The translations under genes were made by a program, and so were the position numbers. DNA of 64,000 nt from Squalus acanthias (lineage: Eukaryota). Shown in pieces: positions 35,955 through 46,900 of the stretch (position 1 is the first letter of the stretch; the number at the start of each line of letters is the position of its first letter). The notes beneath the pieces were generated by a model that was not told the origin of the DNA, did no database searches, and saw nothing but the letters and a program-made list of their open reading frames with translations. The DNA lies in the NCBI GenBank assembly GCA_030390025.1, contig CM059430.1, positions 3,906,001 to 3,970,000 of the forward strand, read 5' to 3'.

Positions 35955-36415
35955 TTATTCTTTTCTCACCAGTTTTCTCCCCTCCCTTCTGAAGACATTT
36001 CAATAGATTTTCAACGTGCTGCCCAGGTGTAAAACCATGGTTACAGATCAGCTGCCTGCTGCAGAAATCGCCTGATTTTCATTTCCATCGTCCAATCCAC
36101 AGTGCCAGTGTCACGCCCGATGACAAGTTGGAAATCGATCTCAATGACTCCCTGCTGGGTTAGGGTTCCACAGGGGGGATGGGGTGCATCCCAGAGAAGC
36201 CCAACCCTCACCTGACGTCTGTAACCATGTTCTTCCTGCAGAAGCCACTGGACAGCTATCAGGTGTGGGAAACCTGCTTGAATGTTCCCCTCTCTAACAC
36301 AGGGGCACTGAGGCCAATGGCACTGATCCTCCTAGCTGAGATAAGCTAATTCAGCACAAAGCAGGGACCTTCCAGGTTTGTAAGGCTCACCTACTCATTG
36401 GATAAACTCTCTCGG
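35955..36415 (-). mobile_element. Family 'S' SINE with MITE insertion
   Basis: CCTCACCTGACGTC...GGGGCACTGAGGCCAAT...GCTGAGATAAGCTAATTCAGCACA. Confidence 0.7.
36001..36142. mobile_element. Short palindromic MITE inside the SINE
   Basis: Inverted ends TAGATTTTCAAC ... GTTGGAAATCGA; the SINE resumes at AATGACTCC. Confidence 0.55.
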
Positions 36416-37885
36416 TCTTTGGGGAAGTCTGTAATCCCAATTTCTGCTTAACTTCCACAAATTGAAAAAGATCTCATTAGGGATCCCTGTACCTTCTGAA
36501 AGAGGTTGCTGATGGTGGGACTACTGGACAGATTTCAGATACAGGAAAGTATCCTTTCCACCATAGAGTAACATTTACACAGGTCACCTTTGTATAATTC
36601 AGATAGTTGAAGATATACACATTGTTTGAAAGTAATCACCTAAGGCTACTCCTTTGAATCTGATTCTGGGATTGTGCTGTCAATGACATTCAGTAAACAT
36701 TTCTTCCTCCTTTATATTGCTGTGTTTGACAGTGAATTTAGTTGGTCCATTCATTTATCCAGAGGAACCATAACTTCTAATTCTGAACTGGAAATTGATC
36801 AGACCTCTCAGTTTTTGGAAGAAATCCTAATCTGAAGCTCCAACATTTTAATAGGTTGATAGGTACAGGCAGTCATTAAAAGGACTTTCAGAAAGCCCAA
36901 AAGAGGCACTCAAGGGGATTTGTGGTCCTGAAGATTTCTCTTCAGGGAATTAATTGTATGAATAAACTCTACATCAGATGAACTCCATTTTAGCAACGGA
37001 GAAGGTGTCTGAATGATAAAACGCTCACGTCAAAGTAACAGATTTGGATTCCAAGAAAGCAGAGGGTTGTCTTACTAAAGATGATCTTAAAAAGAACTCA
37101 ATTTATCAATCTAATAACAAAAAATCATCTTCAAAATACTTCTTTGGATAGTAGGCTATCAATCACAAAGTGCTGCGTGATAAATCACAGGGCTGAGTGT
37201 TTGTGCATTGGTGACTGGAGGGGTCCGTGCTTGAACTGCTATATTGTGACCTAGTCCAGAATTCCAGATGTCACTCGGGGTTGGGCAACTTTCAGCATCG
37301 TCATAGAGGGCAATTAATCTCTCTGAAAGAAAACGTCAGAAATCCAGCTGAGGATTGCAGGACCCTCCACACTCTTCAAACGTGTAAATTAAACCACAAA
37401 CTTCATTCAACAGAAAGCACTGGGCCCATTCATCATCATGAAACAATGTTTAAATCCTCCATCTGCCAAGGTGCTGCTTATTTGAATCAGGAACACAACA
37501 AATGAACAAAAACGTTGATGTCCACCAAGATCACAATGGAATGGGGGGGGGGGGAGCTACCTGTTTGACTGATTTCTGAGTTTATTATCCATGGACCATA
37601 CAGTAAATTAATACAGAAGACAGAGAACAAGCAACTGGAAACATTCTTTCAAAACGCTTGCGATGTCATAAACAATTCAACCACGCCAAGTCTTTGTTTG
37701 AGGTATTTGTGACTATTGCAGCGCTTCATATGAGAATCAAGAATCACTAACAGAACCACTGGTTACCCTCCCACTTGTTCAGATCTTAACTGTGCTGTGA
37801 AGATTAATTGTGGATGTCTCATATCGATGAGAATTGTTTGGATAGATATAAATCAACTAATACAAGTTATACTGGTTTTGTACTC

Positions 37886-38445
37886 CCGAAGCTGGAATAC
37901 TGTGTGCAGTTCTGGTCGCCACACTATAGGAAGGATGTGATTGCATTAGAGAGGGTGCAGAGGAGATTCACCAGGATGTTACCTGGGCTGGAGCGCTTCT
38001 GCTATGAAGAGAGACTGGACAGGCTGGGGTTGTTTTCCTTAGAGCAGAGAAGGCTGAGGGGGGACCTGATTGAGGTGTACAAAATTATGAGGGGCATAGA
38101 TAGGATAGCTAGAAAGGAACTTTTCCCCTTAGTAGAGGGGTCAATAACCAGGGGGCATAGTTTCAAGGTAAGGGGCAGCAGGTTTAGAGGGGATTTGAGG
38201 AAAAACTTTTTCACCCAGAGGGTGGTTGGAATCTGGAACTCACTGCCTGAAAGGGTGGTAGAGGCAGGAACCCTCAACATTCAAGAAGCATTTAGATGAG
38301 CACTTGAAACGCCATAGCATACAAGGCTACGGACCAAGTGCTGGAAAATGGGATTAGAATAGACAGGGCTTGATGGCCGGCGCGGACACGATGGTCCGAA
38401 GGGCCTCTTTCTGTGCTGTATAACTCTATGACTCTATCTATGACT
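37886..38445 (+). mobile_element. CR1 LINE 3' end (young)
   Basis: [34 protein letters not shown]...FFTQRVVGIWNSLPERVVEAGTL, followed by a CTCTATGA-repeat tail. Confidence 0.93.
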
Positions 38446-39119
38446 AAGCCCAACTCAGTGAGTCTCCCGGCAATTTAGACACATTTCAACCACTTTTAGA
38501 CATTGCGTGATGTTGCTTGGGTTCAAAACAAGTTTGGATTAAATCTGGTGTAAACAGGAAAACACATTCCAGAGGTCAAAAGGAAAAGGTGATTTGCATC
38601 AAGGTACTGAGGACAGTGAAAGCTGAAAGGTGTATTCATGTCAATCAGGGGCAAATTTGATGATTGCGATCACTTGCAAGCGAACACTGCAACAGAAATC
38701 ATGGAAATTATTCAAGAAATCTACATTACATCCTCTCCTCTGTCAAACTGAACCCATGTTTTATAAATAGTGTCTTGCCTGAGGAGAAATTCCACCAGAA
38801 ATTTCAGAGACCTGTGGTGACATTAGAACTTTGGAGATGAAGCGCACTGAGAATGCGCAGCAGTCAGCAGTGATTTCCTCACTTTTATTGTAGGAGTACT
38901 TAGAAGTGCTGGGGCTGCTCGTGGCTTCACTGTCTAGCTCTTCACAACTCTAAACAACTGTGAAATATCAATGGAACAGACTGCAGCACCACTGCTTCTA
39001 ACATTGCACACATTGTTTTTCAACTCCTGCTCTAATTAAGAAAATAATATCAGAGGCGTGCTGTCATTTCACCTGTCAGATATTTGTTATCTTCCCAATG
39101 AACATCACTGCTGTTGCTG

Positions 39120-39567
39120 TTTTTTTTATTCGCTTATGGGATCTTGGCGTCGCTGGCAAGGCCAGCATTTATTGCCCATCCCTAGTTGCCCTGGAGAAGG
39201 TGGTGGTGAGCCACTTTCTTGAACCGCTGCAGTCCGTGTGGTGAAGGTACTCCCACAGTGCTGTTAGGGAGGGAGTTCCAGGATTTTGACCCAGCGACGA
39301 TGAAGGATCGACGATATACTTCTAAGTCAGGATGGTGTGTGACTTGGAGGGGAACTTGGAGCTGGTGGTGTTCCCATGCACCTGCTGCCCTTGTCCTTCT
39401 AGGTGGAAGAGGTCGTGGGTTTGGGAGGTGCTGCCGAAGAAGCCTTGGCGAGTTGCTGCAGTGCATCTTGTAGATGGTACACACTGCAGCCACGGTGCGC
39501 CGGTGGTGGAGGGAGTGAATGTTTAAGGTGGTGGATGGGGTGTCAATCAAGCGGGCTGCTTTGTCCT
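39120..39567 (-). mobile_element. LINE family 'A' 3' end, copy 3
   Basis: Reverse complement of 5516-5968, with poly-T at 39120. Confidence 0.9.
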
Positions 39568-39691
39568 TGTTGTTGAGAAGTTCTGACACTGCAATGGTGT
39601 CGAGGCCGTAAAGGTGTGTCAGTACAAGAAACACTGAGTAAACTGGTCTCAGTGTTTTAACGCTTATTAAACTAAAGTAAATTGTTTAGGA

Positions 39692-39948
39692 TTCTCTGAT
39701 GGTTTAGCAGATTTAGGCACTTGAGTATTTGAATCGTACAGGGTTGGAGGTCCCAGGGTTGATGCCTGCTCTGTCATGAGTGAGCTGATCACTGCTGGAG
39801 TTACAATAGTATGGACATTGCATGAAGGCAGGTTTGGGCTCAATTTCCCCGATGTCAGGAAAGCTGTTGACACTCACTGCCAAGGCTCACAGATGAATAA
39901 TGGTTACTTGGGCGAGGTACCATAGATACCAGGTGTCCATGGAGAACA
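39692..39948 (+). mobile_element. Family 'S' SINE, internally deleted
   Basis: GGTCCCAGGGTTGAT...GAGCTGATC...GACACTCACTGCCAAGGCTCACAGATGAATAATGGTTACTTGGGCGAGGTACC. Confidence 0.7.
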
Positions 39949-40051
39949 TTATACAATAAAAATAGCAATACAATCATTATGCGAGATCCTTTGCTAAAAC
40001 ACCCTCCTTAACTATCTTTTATGTTGTTGCAACCTCAAAGACAGTGTTATA

Positions 40052-40515
40052 GGGCTCAATATTAACCCTCTCACGACGGGCTGGAGAGGGTCGGTTAAAC
40101 ATATTAAAACGGGGAACACGTCCCCAAACTGCCACCGGGTTTTGTGTTGAGCGAGTGTCCCATCTTAACATATTTAAATCAGGCTCCCACAGTGCAATCG
40201 GGAGCCTGATTTAAATTTAACAGTTGCCACGCGGGTTTCCCAGGGCGTGGGAAACCCGGCAACAAAAGGGAGGTGGTAGCTGCCAGCTCAAGAAGGTAAG
40301 TGCTTTTTACAGCACTCCTTGTGGATCAGGAGGAGTAGGAGTGCTCCCCCCCCCCCACCCCAGCCCCTCAAGGAAGCCTTGGGCCTCCCGTCTGTCGATC
40401 GCGGCCTCTCTCTCCACCCTGCCGCAATGTCCAACTCCGCCCGCAGCCGGCCTGCCTATCAATTTGGCCAGTTGCCAGCTAGGAAACGGGAAAAAAAAAG
40501 AGATCCAGCCGTTAA
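40052..40515. mobile_element. GC-rich Harbinger-like MITE fragment
   Basis: Starts GGGCTCAATATT. Contains a perfect 17-bp internal inverted repeat (40172-40216) and the GGAGGAGTAGGAGTGCTCC motif shared with 7205-7918. Confidence 0.55.
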
Positions 40516-41514
40516 ATTCTTCATCTATTCATATTGGGGAAGAAGGAGGAAACTGCACAGACTCCCGGTAAAGGCCACCCATTACATCACAGAATTCCAT
40601 TACCATCCACCCACTGATCAATGGCCACTTCTAGCTTTAGTAAAATTGGACACAACTGCTCGATTTTCTTCGGTAACTGAGAAACCATCATTTTCATCTC
40701 CTATTTACAGCTTTCCAGTTCTGGGAAACATTACCTCATATACTGAACTGTAGATAAAAAAAATGAAGACTGCATAATCTGATATCTCGGGTCAAAGAAG
40801 AGAAAACATTCCCCCAACTGTAAAATCAGCAACTTTCTTACTGGTGAATGAAAGCAACAATGTGAAGACAAGTTACTGCAACAAGGTTCCTAACCAATAA
40901 TTCTGGACTATTATTTGCAAAAAATACAATAAAGGGCCATTTTATTTTTTGTGCTGTTATTATTAAGTGAGGAAAGAGCACATATTGCCCAGCATACTCA
41001 TTCTTAACTAATGCGCTCTGACCTAACCTCTGAATGCTATCAGTTTCCGATATAACATCTCTATTAGGTTGTAAAATAAGTAAATATACTCCTAATGACC
41101 CAAGTGCTTAATGATGCTATTGAACAAATCAATTCTCTCATTCCCTTTGTCAGTCGCAATCTCTCCTGCCCAGATTTAGCCCTTATCTAATTCTAACACC
41201 GAGGTAGCACATTTGTAACTTTGTAAGCCTGGAACTTAATACACAGGCCTATATTTGAGGCACAATTTCATAACACATTTAAATAAAAAAAAAGGTAATG
41301 TGATAGCTTTGAAGAACCTTGTCCAAAAATACTAACTCCTTTTTTTATAAATAGTAATCCAGTTCTGACTGTCTTTCATTGCATTTTACCTGTAGAATGC
41401 TGGTCTCTAAGCATTAATCTGCCAGTCACTAAACTTAGAGACATTAAAAACAAATTCACAGGGACGCCCTGATCAACCACTGTACCAGCTTTTGATTCGG
41501 TTACACAACTGGAT

Positions 41515-42560
41515 TTTTTTGCTTCCCACTTTTATCCCCTCCTCTCCTGAAGACAATGGTTACGATTCTCCTCCATGATCCTGCCTGAAATCTCGTTGGA
41601 TCGCAGTGGAGAATGAGGGAAAATTCGGCTGGTGGGGCCCATCACCGCCTTGACTGGGATTTTCACTCCTCAGCGAGGCCGTTACTGGCCACTCCTTCCC
41701 CGCCTGTCACATTAAATGTAGGTGGGGTGGGGGGGGGGCGGGAGTGTAGGGGAGGCTGTGTCCTCAGCAGATTTCCCTCCTGTTTGCCCTACTTAGTGCC
41801 GCTTCCCAGCGCCACCCCATGGGGAAGGTGGCGACAGGCTCGAAGATGCAATGGTTGTGGCCTTCCGGTCATTCCACGGAGGGAAGAGGGCCTCGTAGTG
41901 GCCACCTCTCCCTCCATTCAGGCCCCCTAACACTTATCTGCTAATGGCCCTCGTCTTGGCCGAGGCCTCAGAGGGACAGCTGGTCTGATCTTTGGGATGC
42001 TTCTCCCCCTTTTAGGTCCTTCACTAGTTCTTCTGATGCTGCAGCCATTTCCCCGCAGCAGCACCATCGATATATTCCGATACACCGGCGGGCTCCCTCT
42101 TGGTGACATGAATCCTGCTGGGGGCCCACAGTGCATCGCTAATGAGCCCTATCCCAGGGAACTGGGATTGAGTTGGAGCAAAAGTCCTGCCCTGCTGGAA
42201 CTCTGCCCCGAAGAAGACAATCCTGGCTATTCTGGGGTATGGCTTGATAGGCACCTGCTGCTCTCCAGTACCTCGGGCAAATTGTCATTCATCATGTGCA
42301 AGACTAGAGATTGCATGCCAACATCTTTTTAGACTGGGAGGGGTATCACAGTGAAGTCCAAACCTGAAAGTCCACATAAATTAACTCATTATATAACAAT
42401 TAGAAGCAGGAACTTTGGCTGATTTCTCTTCCCCTTCCTATCCCAGAGGCACTGAAGCCAATTGTAGTGTCCCTATTACTGCCTTGGAAGGTACCAACTA
42501 ACATAGCACAGAACTGGTATTGAATACGGGACCTTACTGGCGTGTAATGTGTGTGACCAA
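41515..42560 (-). mobile_element. Family 'S' SINE interrupted by a ~650-bp insert
   Basis: TCCCCTCCTCTCCTGAAGACAAT | insert | ...CCAGTACCTCGGGCAAATT...GGCACTGAAGCCAATTGTAGTG...AGCACAGA. Confidence 0.65.
41558..42209. mobile_element. GC-rich insertion, probable non-autonomous DNA transposon
   Basis: Interrupts a SINE; GAAGACAAT appears on both sides (41549-57, 42213-21). TIRs are weak. Confidence 0.45.
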
Positions 42561-42829
42561 GTGTGGAACTGAACCAAACACCAAGTCATTGGTAGAGCTT
42601 TTGCAACTTTGCTCGAGGACACATTGTCCTGTTTTTATAGACTGGAGGATTCAAAATCCAGTTTGTTAACATCTGAATGGGATATTGGCATCTTTGACAA
42701 ATCTTGTGCCCGTTTACAATTTCCCAGAAAGTAAAGCTCATTTTTAAAAATGTATCCTTGGGATGTAGGTGAAAACTGACACGACATTAAATATTTCCCA
42801 TTTCTCGTTTCCCTGAAGGCATTAAATCT

Positions 42830-43056
42830 CAATCACATGATGCGAGACAGGAGTCACATGGTAGGGGTGGCAATTCCCTTCCTAAAAGTACCTTAGTGAA
42901 CCCATTGGGTTTTTATGACAATCCGGCAGCTTGCATTGTTATTTTTCTGCTGCCAGTCAACAAATTTATTGAACTGTATTTCAAAACTTGCCATTGTGGG
43001 TTCTAAACTCAAGACATCCAGGTTGCTGTTGCAGTACCATAAACACTAGGATACCA
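42830..43056 (-). mobile_element. Degraded tRNA-derived shark SINE
   Basis: Minus strand begins GGTATCCTAGTGTTTATGGTACTG...GAGTTTAGAACCCACAATGGCA (A/B-box-like), then GCTGCCGGATTGTCATAAAAACCCAATGGGTTCACTAA. Confidence 0.6.
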
Positions 43057-43584
43057 TTTAGCCATGCCACAAACCATATTGCAAGGGTGCCATCAAAGCA
43101 GAAAAATGCCTTGGCTGGAGCACATATTGCTCTAATGCCCTGCAAGAATCATTGGGAGTTACCCTTCCAACAAGTCTTTAAATACGCAAGTCAAATGTCT
43201 TTTGAGACATAGCACTTGAGCAAGTGTTTGGAAGGCAGTCAAGCATATAACTCCAGGATATCACATATATAATACTGATTGCTCATTGAAGAAGACTTTA
43301 AAATGTTAACTTTGGTGACTTTTTAGTTAACAAATTTAAAATTGCATTACATCCACAGCACGCTACAAATAATGAAATACGTCTTCATTTGCAGCTGATG
43401 ATGCAATTAATTGTTGACTAATATCTGTTGCACAATGAAAGTACATTTCTTTTTAAATCAATTTTTACAGTTTTGTCCCCTTTTTGTTTTCTTTCACACC
43501 CTTTACAAATGCCCAGCAGAGAGGGTGGGCAGGTAGGAATTCCATTTCCATACCGCTGCCAATGCTCCTCTGCAACCATCTGCT

Positions 43585-43839
43585 GTGAGACGTGTGCAGT
43601 AGCTCAGGTGAGACGTGTGCAGTAGCCCAGGTGAGACGTGTGCAGTAGCCCAGGTGAGACGTGTGCAGTAGCCCAGGTGAGACGTGTGCAGTAGCCCAGG
43701 TGAGACGTGTGCAGTAGCCCAGGTGAGACGTGTGCAGTAGCCCAGGTGAGACGTGTGCAGTAGCCCAGGTGAGACGTGTGCAGTAGCCCAGGTGAGACGT
43801 GTGCAGTAGCCCAGGTGAGACGTGTGCAGTAGCCCAGGT
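43585..43839. repeat. 23-bp minisatellite x11 (GTGAGACGTGTGCAGTAGCCCAG)
   Basis: 11 units at 43585-43837; only the first carries a C>T variant. Confidence 0.97.
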
Positions 43840-44984
43840 TTGCTCCACTCCTGATTCCCCTCCCTCTGTCAGCATCCCAGCTGAAAACAGCAGGTCAATG
43901 CATGGGATTTCACCAACAGGAATCGGCGTCATACCACTCCAAGGAGCTACATTCGCAGCTACTGTATAAGGTATATAACCTACATAATCAAGCAGGAGCA
44001 GGATTAAGTGTGGAGCAAGTCCTCTCCATAATGCGGTCTTAAGATGCCATAGTAAAAACATGCAATAACAAGAGATAACTTAAAAGGCCCCGTCATATAT
44101 GGATCTTAACATTAAGCTGTGCGGTACTGGCGTGCAAACACTTAACGCATTTATGCAAAATTTTTCTCCACTGTTTTAATGCTGGTGTTAATCTGGAGCA
44201 ATAAATAATGCAACTTCCATCAAAGGCAGTAGTATATCAGAGTATATTACAGCGGAGAAGAACTGTACCAAATATTGTAGAGAGCGGCTGACACCATTAG
44301 TGGGAATGGTCCATATATCCCATAAATCTGTTCCCAATGCTATACTATCAAATGGAAAATGACTTATTTATGTAAGTAAACATCATTTTGCCCTCTCTAA
44401 CCTTTCTCCAGCCAAGGCTGAAATCCCTCGCTTATTATGACCTTTTAACGATCAGCAGACCATACCACTGACCTCTTCCTGTGAGCAATAGCCTCCCTCT
44501 TTATTAATAAAGTGCATGAAAAATGTAATCTGCAGTCTGTATTGAAATACAGTGTGGCGCAGCAATTAAACAGGCAAGGGGCCAAGGGAGCATCCTCATT
44601 AACAGCAGAGCAGGGTCATCAGTCTGCAGCACCTATCAGGCAACCGGACCACAGGATCTCATCAGTCTTACAAAAGCACCTCTGCACTTGGCAGAATTAA
44701 TGTAGGTATGAATGCTTTAATCACGGCACCGAGCACTTCATTATCAACTTTGGGGTGGGGAGGTGGGGGGGGGGGAGAGAAGAGGAAGGAAAGAGAACCC
44801 TTGGTCAAGATAACTAAAAAATAAAATCATTAGTCACATGAACATTTTTAAACCGCACGCTTTAAAAAAATAAATAAACAGCAACAACTGATTTCTTTTG
44901 CCAGTACAGTTAGGGCATCAGGGCTTTGGTTGCAGGCAGCCAATACAGGAAGGTGGCAGGACGCTACGCCACCACTGCATTCTT

Positions 44985-46900
44985 AAAATAAAACTTTCCG
45001 AGCGGCCTGTGCTCTGGGATCATTAGGTGCACTTGATAAATTACGTCGTGTTTCTACTAATGAGGTCTTCAGTTCATTGTTGGATACCAGTAGCCTCTCC
45101 CAATTATACAAACTGTCGTAACTACACGAGCTATCAGCACAGAAACTATTGCAGAGATCTGTGGTGGGGTGGGGGAGGAGAGGGGCGCCTGTCGCTCCTG
45201 TGCCTTGACAATACAAATCTTTCAATAATCAGAAAATGGTTTACGATGAACATTCTCAATTAAGTAGGTAAAATGTGGCCGGTTTATGATGCAGATAAAT
45301 TGATGGCTACCATCACTGTAAGAGAAGCCTGGCTTTTATTTTCATACATAAATAACACCAAATATTTGCTAATGAATGTAATTTCATTAACGGTGCATAA
45401 TGTCACTGCAGAAGTCAAGCATTTGGTGAGAGTACACGAATCTGATAAATATCTTCAGACAAAAAGAAAGCCAGTAATGGATTTTGGTGGCACGTTTTAT
45501 GCTACTCAATCACTGTTTTGCACCAGCAGAATGGCCGCAGACATTTTGTGTAAGTAACATATTAAATATCTTCCCACCATATGTTGAGCGTGTGGATGTG
45601 TCAGCTTCAGCTTTTAAGCTACGGACACTTACCACATATTCAAAAATATTAAAATACAAATAGAAAGCATTATTTTCTAGCGAGAACGAGGGAGAGAAAA
45701 AAGAAAATTCCCAGTGCTTTGGTGTTATTCCACATTCGTAGAATAAAAGCCTTGTGCACAATCCCCTGGGTAAAACAATGCTACCTGTCAAATGTCAGGT
45801 TTGCCCAGCTCCTTTGATGAGCTGTTAGTTAGCACATCTAATTGCACCGACAAAGCTCAGCTGATTTGGCAATTCATCATTAACTTTAAGCCTCTTGTCC
45901 CAATATTAAAAGTGAACACTGCAAGTCTGGGGAGGACCGCTCAACACTCTTTCACTAATCCCTGGGCTATTTTGCCTCTGCTTCATCACCTTATTTCATA
46001 CCGATGCCAAAGATCTTAAGGAGGAGAATCAGAACGGTAATATTTTTTTTCCCCTGCTCGCACATTTAACACGCACACACAAACACAAATAGATAAGACA
46101 CACATGCACACAACCCAAATGTGTGTGGGGAGGGTGCTAGCTGTGCACCTTTCATTAAATTATAGGAAGGATTGAGTAGCCATGGACTGAAAGGCTTGTC
46201 AGTGAGAAATAATTACTCCAAATGTGTCCTTTAACCTCTTTACTGCTCGAACTCAACAATACATTGCTGCATTTTAATCAAAACAGATCGGCCAGTTCAC
46301 TAAAAACAGGCCCTGGGTGCTTTAGATATGCAAAGGGCAAAAGCCCAGACTTATACACAGCAGAACCATTTCTCATGAGGCAAAGCTGCATTGCATTTCA
46401 AATCCTGATGTTTGTTTTAATGTCACAATCTAATTTGTCATTGCACTGATCAATACTTTCTTGGTATTAGAATGCTGGAAAATAACAGCCTTTGCTGTTT
46501 TGGCTCTTCCAAAACAAGATATTTGCATTTTAATCTTACGGATTTCTGGAAATAATTTCATCCATTCCTTTGATGAAATTAGTGTAAAAATAAAGATAAA
46601 ATTCAAAAGCATTTCTACTAGAGAGTGAACGCATAGGTAAATATTGTTTTTTCCAATTAGCTGGCCAGTGCTCTATCAATAAAAATGCTGGTCCAACCCT
46701 TGCCCTCACCCAGCTATCAAATCCTTTCACAGGTAATGAAATCTCAGGCTCATTTTATTTGTTTTATTGAAAAAGAAGACAGTGCATCTGCATTGAGGAT
46801 TACCATAGCTGTTCTCGTGAACTGTCAGATTCAAATCAGCAGAATATTATTTATTCATTTCCTCCAGCCTCCTGGACAAAGTTTCAGTTAAGTTTATGGA
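44985..46900. promoter_or_regulatory. Candidate CNE/enhancer cluster
   Basis: About 2 kb of TE-free unique sequence with AbdB/Cdx-type TTTACGA (45240) and TTTATGA (45283), TCF CCTTTGAT (~45812), TGTCA and TAAT cores. Confidence 0.4.

Noticed and set aside
43585-43839. CRISPR-like array, or the 198-aa repeat ORF (43465..44061)
   Set aside because: The units are head-to-tail with no unique spacers, there are no cas genes and the context is vertebrate. The ORF is a by-product of a stop-free minisatellite. The arrays at 20995 and 27343 are likewise plain spacer-less tandem repeats.
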